From Hydrurus foetidus (taxonomy: Eukaryota): a DNA stretch of 45,730 nucleotides. The stretch lies in contig UYFQ01000656.1 in NCBI GenBank assembly GCA_900617105.1, positions 1 through 45,730 of the forward strand. The letters run 5' to 3'. Below, in pieces: positions 34,801 to 45,730 of this stretch (its first letter is position 1; each line of letters begins with the position of its first letter). Position numbers and translations under genes: made by a program. A model generated the notes under the pieces. The model was not told the origin of the DNA and did not search any database. It worked only from the letters and a program-made list of their open reading frames with translations.

Positions 34801-37800
34801 TTATATGGTGTTAGTGGATATGTTTGGTATGTGTTGTGATATGTTATATGGTGTTAGTGGATATGTTTGGTATGTGTTGTGATATGTTATATGGTGTTAG
34901 TGGATATGTTTGGTATGTGTTGTGATATGTTATATGGTGTTAGTGGATATGTTTGGTATGTGTTGTGATATGTTATATGGTGTTAGTGGATATGTTTGGT
35001 ATGTGTTGTGATATGTTATATGGTGTTAGTGGATATGTTTGGTATGTGTTGTGATATGTTATATGGTGTTAGTGGATATGTTTGGTATGTGTTGTGATAT
35101 GTTATATGGTGTTAGTGGATATGTTTGGTATGTGTTGTGATATGTTATATGGTGTTAGTGGATATGTTTGGTATGTGTTGTGATATGTTATATGGTGTTA
35201 GTGGATATGTTTGGTATGTGTTGTGATATGTTATATGGTGTTAGTGGATATGTTTGGTATGTGTTGTGATATGTTATATGGTGTTAGTGGATATGTTTGG
35301 TATGTGTTGTGATATGTTATATGGTGTTAGTGGATATGTTTGGTATGTGTTGTGATATGTTATATGGTGTTAGTGGATATGTTTGGTATGTGTTGTGATA
35401 TGTTATATGGTGTTAGTGGATATGTTTGGTATGTGTTGTGATATGTTATATGGTGTTAGTGGATATGTTTGGTATGTGTTGTGATATGTTATATGGTGTT
35501 AGTGGATATGTTTGGTATGTGTTGTGATATGTTATATGGTGTTAGTGGATATGTTTGGTATGTGTTGTGATATGTTATATGGTGTTAGTGGATATGTTTG
35601 GTATGTGTTGTGATATGTTATATGGTGTTAGTGGATATGTTTGGTATGTGTTGTGATATGTTATATGGTGTTAGTGGATATGTTTGGTATGTGTTGTGAT
35701 ATGTTATATGGTGTTAGTGGATATGTTTGGTATGTGTTGTGATATGTTATATGGTGTTAGTGGATATGTTTGGTATGTGTTGTGATATGTTATATGGTGT
35801 TAGTGGATATGTTTGGTATGTGTTGTGATATGTTATATGGTGTTAGTGGATATGTTTGGTATGTGTTGTGATATGTTATATGGTGTTAGTGGATATGTTT
35901 GGTATGTGTTGTGATATGTTATATGGTGTTAGTGGATATGTTTGGTATGTGTTGTGATATGTTATATGGTGTTAGTGGATATGTTTGGTATGTGTTGTGA
36001 TATGTTATATGGTGTTAGTGGATATGTTTGGTATGTGTTGTGATATGTTATATGGTGTTAGTGGATATGTTTGGTATGTGTTGTGATATGTTATATGGTG
36101 TTAGTGGATATGTTTGGTATGTGTTGTGATATGTTATATGGTGTTAGTGGATATGTTTGGTATGTGTTGTGATATGTTATATGGTGTTAGTGGATATGTT
36201 TGGTATGTGTTGTGATATGTTATATGGTGTTAGTGGATATGTTTGGTATGTGTTGTGATATGTTATATGGTGTTAGTGGATATGTTTGGTATGTGTTGTG
36301 ATATGTTATATGGTGTTAGTGGATATGTTTGGTATGTGTTGTGATATGTTATATGGTGTTAGTGGATATGTTTGGTATGTGTTGTGATATGTTATATGGT
36401 GTTAGTGGATATGTTTGGTATGTGTTGTGATATGTTATATGGTGTTAGTGGATATGTTTGGTATGTGTTGTGATATGTTATATGGTGTTAGTGGATATGT
36501 TTGGTATGTGTTGTGATATGTTATATGGTGTTAGTGGATATGTTTGGTATGTGTTGTGATATGTTATATGGTGTTAGTGGATATGTTTGGTATGTGTTGT
36601 GATATGTTATATGGTGTTAGTGGATATGTTTGGTATGTGTTGTGATATGTTATATGGTGTTAGTGGATATGTTTGGTATGTGTTGTGATATGTTATATGG
36701 TGTTAGTGGATATGTTTGGTATGTGTTGTGATATGTTATATGGTGTTAGTGGATATGTTTGGTATGTGTTGTGATATGTTATATGGTGTTAGTGGATATG
36801 TTTGGTATGTGTTGTGATATGTTATATGGTGTTAGTGGATATGTTTGGTATGTGTTGTGATATGTTATATGGTGTTAGTGGATATGTTTGGTATGTGTTG
36901 TGATATGTTATATGGTGTTAGTGGATATGTTTGGTATGTGTTGTGATATGTTATATGGTGTTAGTGGATATGTTTGGTATGTGTTGTGATATGTTATATG
37001 GTGTTAGTGGATATGTTTGGTATGTGTTGTGATATGTTATATGGTGTTAGTGGATATGTTTGGTATGTGTTGTGATATGTTATATGGTGTTAGTGGATAT
37101 GTTTGGTATGTGTTGTGATATGTTATATGGTGTTAGTGGATATGTTTGGTATGTGTTGTGATATGTTATATGGTGTTAGTGGATATGTTTGGTATGTGTT
37201 GTGATATGTTATATGGTGTTAGTGGATATGTTTGGTATGTGTTGTGATATGTTATATGGTGTTAGTGGATATGTTTGGTATGTGTTGTGATATGTTATAT
37301 GGTGTTAGTGGATATGTTTGGTATGTGTTGTGATATGTTATATGGTGTTAGTGGATATGTTTGGTATGTGTTGTGATATGTTATATGGTGTTAGTGGATA
37401 TGTTTGGTATGTGTTGTGATATGTTATATGGTGTTAGTGGATATGTTTGGTATGTGTTGTGATATGTTATATGGTGTTAGTGGATATGTTTGGTATGTGT
37501 TGTGATATGTTATATGGTGTTAGTGGATATGTTTGGTATGTGTTGTGATATGTTATATGGTGTTAGTGGATATGTTTGGTATGTGTTGTGATATGTTATA
37601 TGGTGTTAGTGGATATGTTTGGTATGTGTTGTGATATGTTATATGGTGTTAGTGGATATGTTTGGTATGTGTTGTGATATGTTATATGGTGTTAGTGGAT
37701 ATGTTTGGTATGTGTTGTGATATGTTATATGGTGTTAGTGGATATGTTTGGTATGTGTTGTGATATGTTATATGGTGTTAGTGGATATGTTTGGTATGTG

Positions 37801-40800
37801 TTGTGATATGTTATATGGTGTTAGTGGATATGTTTGGTATGTGTTGTGATATGTTATATGGTGTTAGTGGATATGTTTGGTATGTGTTGTGATATGTTAT
37901 ATGGTGTTAGTGGATATGTTTGGTATGTGTTGTGATATGTTATATGGTGTTAGTGGATATGTTTGGTATGTGTTGTGATATGTTATATGGTGTTAGTGGA
38001 TATGTTTGGTATGTGTTGTGATATGTTATATGGTGTTAGTGGATATGTTTGGTATGTGTTGTGATATGTTATATGGTGTTAGTGGATATGTTTGGTATGT
38101 GTTGTGATATGTTATATGGTGTTAGTGGATATGTTTGGTATGTGTTGTGATATGTTATATGGTGTTAGTGGATATGTTTGGTATGTGTTGTGATATGTTA
38201 TATGGTGTTAGTGGATATGTTTGGTATGTGTTGTGATATGTTATATGGTGTTAGTGGATATGTTTGGTATGTGTTGTGATATGTTATATGGTGTTAGTGG
38301 ATATGTTTGGTATGTGTTGTGATATGTTATATGGTGTTAGTGGATATGTTTGGTATGTGTTGTGATATGTTATATGGTGTTAGTGGATATGTTTGGTATG
38401 TGTTGTGATATGTTATATGGTGTTAGTGGATATGTTTGGTATGTGTTGTGATATGTTATATGGTGTTAGTGGATATGTTTGGTATGTGTTGTGATATGTT
38501 ATATGGTGTTAGTGGATATGTTTGGTATGTGTTGTGATATGTTATATGGTGTTAGTGGATATGTTTGGTATGTGTTGTGATATGTTATATGGTGTTAGTG
38601 GATATGTTTGGTATGTGTTGTGATATGTTATATGGTGTTAGTGGATATGTTTGGTATGTGTTGTGATATGTTATATGGTGTTAGTGGATATGTTTGGTAT
38701 GTGTTGTGATATGTTATATGGTGTTAGTGGATATGTTTGGTATGTGTTGTGATATGTTATATGGTGTTAGTGGATATGTTTGGTATGTGTTGTGATATGT
38801 TATATGGTGTTAGTGGATATGTTTGGTATGTGTTGTGATATGTTATATGGTGTTAGTGGATATGTTTGGTATGTGTTGTGATATGTTATATGGTGTTAGT
38901 GGATATGTTTGGTATGTGTTGTGATATGTTATATGGTGTTAGTGGATATGTTTGGTATGTGTTGTGATATGTTATATGGTGTTAGTGGATATGTTTGGTA
39001 TGTGTTGTGATATGTTATATGGTGTTAGTGGATATGTTTGGTATGTGTTGTGATATGTTATATGGTGTTAGTGGATATGTTTGGTATGTGTTGTGATATG
39101 TTATATGGTGTTAGTGGATATGTTTGGTATGTGTTGTGATATGTTATATGGTGTTAGTGGATATGTTTGGTATGTGTTGTGATATGTTATATGGTGTTAG
39201 TGGATATGTTTGGTATGTGTTGTGATATGTTATATGGTGTTAGTGGATATGTTTGGTATGTGTTGTGATATGTTATATGGTGTTAGTGGATATGTTTGGT
39301 ATGTGTTGTGATATGTTATATGGTGTTAGTGGATATGTTTGGTATGTGTTGTGATATGTTATATGGTGTTAGTGGATATGTTTAGTATGTGTTGTGATAT
39401 GTTATATGGTGTTAGTGGATATGTTTAGTATGTGTTGTGATATGTTATATGGTGTTAGTGGATATGTTTAGTATGTGTTGTGATATGTTATATGGTGTTA
39501 GTGGATATGTTTAGTATGTGTTGTGATATGTTATATGGTGTTAGTGGATATGTTTAGTATGTGTTGTGATATGTTATATGGTGTTAGTGGATATGTTTAG
39601 TATGTGTTGTGATATGTTATATGGTGTTAGTGGATATGTTTAGTATGTGTTGTGATATGTTATATGGTGTTAGTGGATATGTTTAGTATGTGTTGTGATA
39701 TGTTATATGGTGTTAGTGGATATGTTTAGTATGTGTTGTGATATATTATATGGTGTTAGTGGATATGTTTAGTATGTGTTGTGATATGTTATATGGTGTT
39801 AGTGGATATGTTTAGTATGTGTTGTGATATGTTATATGGTGTTAGTGGATATGTTTAGTATGTGTTGTGATATATTATATGGTGTTAGTGGATATGTTTA
39901 GTATGTGTTGTGATATGTTATATGGTGTTAGTGGATATGTTTAGTATGTGTTGTGATATGTTATATGGTGTTAGTGGATATGTTTAGTATGTGTTGTGAT
40001 ATGTTATATGGTGTTAGTGGATATGTTTAGTATGTGTTGTGATATGTTATATGGTGTTAGTGGATATGTTTAGTATGTGTTGTGATGTTATATGGTGTTA
40101 GTGGATATGTTTAGTATGTGTTGTGATATGTTATATGGTGTTAGTGGATATGTTTAGTATGTGTTGTGATATGTTATATGGTGTTAGTGGATATGTTTAG
40201 TATGTGTTGTGATATGTTATATGGTGTTAGTGGATATGTTTAGTATGTGTTGTGATATGTTATATGGTGTTAGTGGATATGTTTAGTATGTGTTGTGATA
40301 TGTTATATGGTGTTAGTGGATATGTTTAGTATGTGTTGTGATATGTTATATGGTGTTAGTGGATATGTTTAGTATGTGTTGTGATATGTTATATGGTGTT
40401 AGTGGATATGTTTAGTATGTGTTGTGATATGTTATATGGTGTTAGTGGATATGTTTAGTATGTGTTGTGATATATTATATGGTGTTAGTGGATATGTTTA
40501 GTATGTGTTGTGATATGTTATATGGTGTTAGTGGATATGTTTAGTATGTGTTGTGATATGTTATATGGTGTTAGTGGATATGTTTGTATGTGTTGTGATA
40601 TGTTATGGTGTTAGTGGATATGTTAGTGGATATGTTTGGTATGTGTTGTGATATGTTATATGGTGTTAGTGGATATGTTTAGTATGTGTTGTGATATGTT
40701 ATATGGTGTTAGTGGATATGTTTAGTATGTGTTGTGATATGTTATATGGTGTTAGTGATGTTGTGATATGTGTTAGTGGATATGTTTAGTATGTGTTGTG

Positions 40801-43800
40801 ATATGTTATATGGTGTTAGTGGATATGTTTAGTATGTGTTGTGATATGTTATATGGTGTTAGTGGATATGTTTAGTATGTGTTGTGATATGTTATATGGT
40901 GTTAGTGGATATGTTTAGTATGTGTTGTGATATGTTATATGGTGTTAGTGGATATGTTTAGTATGTGTTGTGATATGTTATATGGTGTTAGTGGATATGT
41001 TTAGTATGTGTTGTGATATGTTATATGGTGTTAGTGGATATGTTTAGTATGTGTTGTGATATGTTATATGGTGTTAGTGGATATGTTTAGTATGTGTTGT
41101 GATATGTTATATGGTGTTAGTGGATATGTTTAGTATGTGTTGTGATATGTTATATGGTGTTAGTGGATATGTTTAGTATGTGTTGTGATATGTTATATGG
41201 TGTTAGTGGATATGTTTAGTATGTGTTGTGATATGTTATATGGTGTTAGTGGATATGTTTAGTATGTGTTGTGATATGTTATATGGTGTTAGTGGATATG
41301 TTTAGTATGTGTTGTGATATGTTATATGGTGTTAGTGGATATGTTTAGTATGTGTTGTGATATGTTATATGGTGTTAGTGGATATGTTTAGTATGTGTTG
41401 TGATATGTTATATGGTGTTAGTGGATATGTTTAGTATGTGTTGTGATATGTTATATGGTGTTAGTGGATATGTTTAGTATGTGTTGTGATATGTTATATG
41501 GTGTTAGTGGATATGTTTAGTATGTGTTGTGATATGTTATATGGTGTTAGTGGATATGTTTGGTATGTGTTGTGATATGTTATATGGTGTTAGTGGATAT
41601 GTTTAGTATGTGTTGTGATATGTTATATGGTGTTAGTGGATATGTTTAGTATGTGTTGTGATATGTTATATGGTGTTAGTGGATATGTTTAGTATGTGTT
41701 GTGATATGTTATATGGTGTTAGTGGATATGTTTAGTATGTGTTGTGATATGTTATATGGTGTTAGTGGATATGTTTAGTATGTGTTGTGATATGTTATAT
41801 GGTGTTAGTGGATATGTTTAGTATGTGTTGTGATATGTTATATGGTGTTAGTGGATATGTTTAGTATGTGTTGTGATATGTTATATGGTGTTAGTGGATA
41901 TGTTTAGTATGTGTTGTGATATGTTATATGGTGTTAGTGGATATGTTTAGTATGTGTTGTGATATGTTATATGGTGTTAGTGGATATGTTTAGTATGTGT
42001 TGTGATATGTTATATGGTGTTAGTGGATATGTTTAGTATGTGTTGTGATATGTTATATGGTGTTAGTGGATATGTTTAGTATGTGTTGTGATATGTTATA
42101 TGGTGTTAGTGGATATGTTTAGTATGTGTTGTGATATGTTATATGGTGTTAGTGGATATGTTTAGTATGTGTTGTGATATGTTTGTATGTGTTATATGTG
42201 TTAGTGGATATGTTTAGTATGTGTTGTGATATGTTATATGGTGTTAGTGGATATGTTTAGTATGTGTTGTGATATGTTATATGGTGTTAGTGGATATGTT
42301 TAGTATGTGTTGTGATATGTTATATGGTGTTAGTGGATATGTTTGGTATGTGTTGTGATATGTTATATGGTGTTAGTGGATATGTTTAGTATGTGTTGTG
42401 ATATGTTATATGGTGTTAGTGGATATGTTTAGTATGTGTTGTGATATGTTATATGGTGTTAGTGGATATGTTTAGTATGTGTTGTGATATGTTATATGGT
42501 GTTAGTGGATATGTTTAGTATGTGTTGTGATATGTTATATGGTGTTAGTGGATATGTTTAGTATGTGTTGTGATATGTTATATGGTGTTAGTGGATATGT
42601 TTAGTATGTGTTGTGATATGTTATATGGTGTTAGTGGATATGTTTAGTATGTGTTGTGATGTTGTATATGGTGTTAGTGGATATGTTTAGTATGTGTTGT
42701 GATATGTTATATGGTGTTAGTGGATATGTTTAGTATGTGTTGTGATATGTTATATGGTGTTAGTGGATATGTTTAGTATGTGTTGTGATATGTTATATGG
42801 TGTTAGTGGATATGTTTAGTATGTGTTGTGATATGTTATATGGTGTTAGTGGATATGTTTGTATGTGTTGTGATATGTTATATGGTGTTAGTGGATATGT
42901 TTAGTATGTGTTGTGATATGTTATATGGTGTTAGTGGATATGTTTAGTATGTGTTGTGATATGTTATATGGTGTTAGTGGATATGTTTAGTATGTGTTGT
43001 GATATGTTATATGGTGTTAGTGGATATGTTTAGTATGTGTTGTGATATGTTATATGGTGTTAGTGGATATGTTTAGTATGTGTTGTGATATGTTATATGG
43101 TGTTAGTGGATATGTTTAGTATGTGTTGTGATATATGGTGTTAGTGGATATGTTTAGTATGTGTTGTGATATGTTATATGGTGTTAGTGGATATGTTTAG
43201 TATGTGTTGTGATATGTTATATGGTGTTAGTGGATATGTTTAGTATGTGTTGTGATATGTTATATGGTGTTAGTGGATATGTTTAGTATGTGTTGTGATA
43301 TGTTATATGGTGTTAGTGGATATGTTTAGTATGTGTTGTGATATGTTATATGGTGTTAGTGGATATGTTTAGTATGTGTTGTGATATGTTATATGGTGTT
43401 AGTGGATATGTTTAGTATGTGTTGTGATATGTTATATGGTGTTAGTGGATATGTTTAGTATGTGTTGTGATATGTTATATGGTGTTAGTGGATATGTTTA
43501 GTATGTGTTATATGGTGTTAGTGGATATGTTTAGTATGTGTTGTGATATGTTATATGGTGTTAGTGGATATGTTTAGTATGTGTTGTGATATGTTATATG
43601 GTGTTAGTGGATATGTTTAGTATGTGTTGTGATATGTTATATGGTGTTAGTGGATATGTTTAGTATGTGTTGTGATATGTTATATGGTGTTAGTGGATAT
43701 GTTTAGTATGTGTTGTGATATGTTATATGGTGTTAGTGGATATGTTTAGTATGTGTTGTGATATGTTATATGGTGTTAGTGGATATGTTTAGTATGTGTT

Positions 43801-45730
43801 GTGATATGTTATATGGTGTTAGTGGATATGTTTAGTATGTGTTGTGATATGTTATATGGTGTTAGTGGATATGTTTAGTATGTGTTGTGATATGTTATAT
43901 GGTGTTAGTGGATATGTTTAGTATGTGTTGTGATATGTTATATGGTGTTAGTGGATATGTTTAGTATGTGTTGTGATATGTTATATGGTGTTAGTGGATA
44001 TGTTTAGTATGTGTTGTGATATGTTATATGGTGTTAGTGGATATGTTTAGTATGTGTTGTGATATGTTATATGGTGTTAGTGGATATGTTTAGTATGTGT
44101 TGTGATATGTTATATGGTGTTAGTGGATATGTTTAGTATGTGTTGTGATATGTTATATGGTGTTAGTGGATATGTTTAGTATGTGTTGTGATATGTTATA
44201 TGGTGTTAGTGGATATGTTTAGTATGTGTTGTGATATGTTATATGGTGTTAGTGGATATGTTTAGTATGTGTTGTGATATGTTATATGGTGTTAGTGGAT
44301 ATGTTTAGTATGTGTTGTGATATGTTATATGGTGTTAGTGGATATGTTTAGTATGTGTTGTGATATGTTATATGGTGTTAGTGGATATGTTTAGTATGTG
44401 TTGTGATATGTTATATGGTGTTAGTGGATATGTTTAGTATGTGTTGTGATATGTTATATGGTGTTAGTGGATATGTTTAGTATGTGTTGTGATATGTTAT
44501 ATGGTGTTAGTGGATATGTTTAGTATGTGTTGTGATATGTTATATGGTGTTAGTGGATATGTTTAGTATGTGTTGTGATATGTTATATGGTGTTAGTGGA
44601 TATGTTTAGTATGTGTTGTGATATGTTATATGGTGTTAGTGGATATGTTTAGTATGTGTTGTGATATGTTATATGGTGTTAGTGGATATGTTTAGTATGT
44701 GTTGTGATATGTTATATGGTGTTAGTGGATATGTTTAGTATGTGTTGTGATATGTTATATGGTGTTAGTGGATATGTTTAGTATGTGTTGTGATATGTTA
44801 TATGGTGTTAGTGGATATGTTTAGTATGTGTTGTGATATGTTATATGGTGTTAGTGGATATGTTTAGTATGTGTTGTGATATGTTATATGGTGTTAGTGG
44901 ATATGTTTAGTATGTGTTGTGATATGTTATATGGTGTTAGTGGATATGTTTAGTATGTGTTGTGATATGTTATATGGTGTTAGTGGATATGTTTAGTATG
45001 TGTTGTGATATGTTATATGGTGTTAGTGGATATGTTTAGTATGTGTTGTGATATGTTATATGGTGTTAGTGGATATGTTTAGTATGTGTTGTGATATGTT
45101 ATATGGTGTTAGTGGATATGTTTAGTATGTGTTGTGATATGTTATATGGTGTTAGTGGATATGTTTAGTATGTGTTGTGATATGTTATATGGTGTTAGTG
45201 GATATGTTTAGTATGTGTTGTGATATGTTATATGGTGTTAGTGGATATGTTTAGTATGTGTTGTGATATGTTATATGGTGTTAGTGGATATGTTTAGTAT
45301 GTGTTGTGATATGTTATATGGTGTTAGTGGATATGTTTAGTATGTGTTGTGATATGTTATATGGTGTTAGTGGATATGTTTAGTATGTGTTGTGATATGT
45401 TATATGGTGTTAGTGGATATGTTTAGTATGTGTTGTGATATGTTATATGGTGTTAGTGGATATGTTTAGTATGTGTTGTGATATGTTATATGGTGTTAGT
45501 GGATATGTTTAGTATGTGTTGTGATATGTTATATGGTGTTAGTGGATATGTTTAGTATGTGTTGTGATATGTTATATGGTGTTAGTGGATATGTTTGGTA
45601 TGTGTTGTGATATGTTATATGGTGTTAGTGGATATGTTTAGTATGTGTTGTGATATATTATATGGTGTTAGTGGATATGTTTAGTATGTGTTGTGATATG
45701 TTATATGGTGTTAGTGGATATGTTTAGGTA
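25803..45730 (+). repeat. 43-bp tandem satellite GATATGTTATATGGTGTTAGTGGATATGTTT(G/A)GTATGTGTTGT, ~460 copies, running to the window end
   Basis: Unit read directly. Copy number is length/43. The G variant runs to ~39341 and the A variant predominates from 39384. Confidence 0.98.

Noticed and set aside
25803..45730. CRISPR array or coding repeat (including ORF 29669..29851)
   Set aside because: There are no unique spacers and no cas genes. The short ORF exists only because a 5-bp deletion near 29762 skips a stop.

Overview
Eukaryotic genomic DNA with spliceosomal GT-AG introns. A stramenopile-like protist origin is an inference from protein styles only. From left to right: (1) 1-~4017, the 5' part of a Ty3/gypsy LTR retrotransposon on the minus strand (gag with zinc knuckle, aspartic protease, start of RT), broken by two in-frame TAGs and one frameshift; (2) 4360-5103, a 744-bp near-perfect palindromic foldback element with 354-bp arms and a 4-bp CATA target-site duplication; (3) 5936-20677 (minus), one giant (~4,900-codon) secreted Pro/Thr-rich repeat protein gene with PTYQPT-type short repeats and 7 copies of a Cys/Lys-containing module, frameshifted many times in this sequence; (4) 21523-25526, an apparently intact ~4.0-kb PIF/Harbinger-type DNA transposon with imperfect TIRs, a TGA TSD and two convergent intron-containing genes; (5) ~25803 to the window end, ~20 kb of a 43-bp G/T-rich satellite whose consensus lacks C on the + strand, with a sharp G>A variant switch at 39384. 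No database searches were run.
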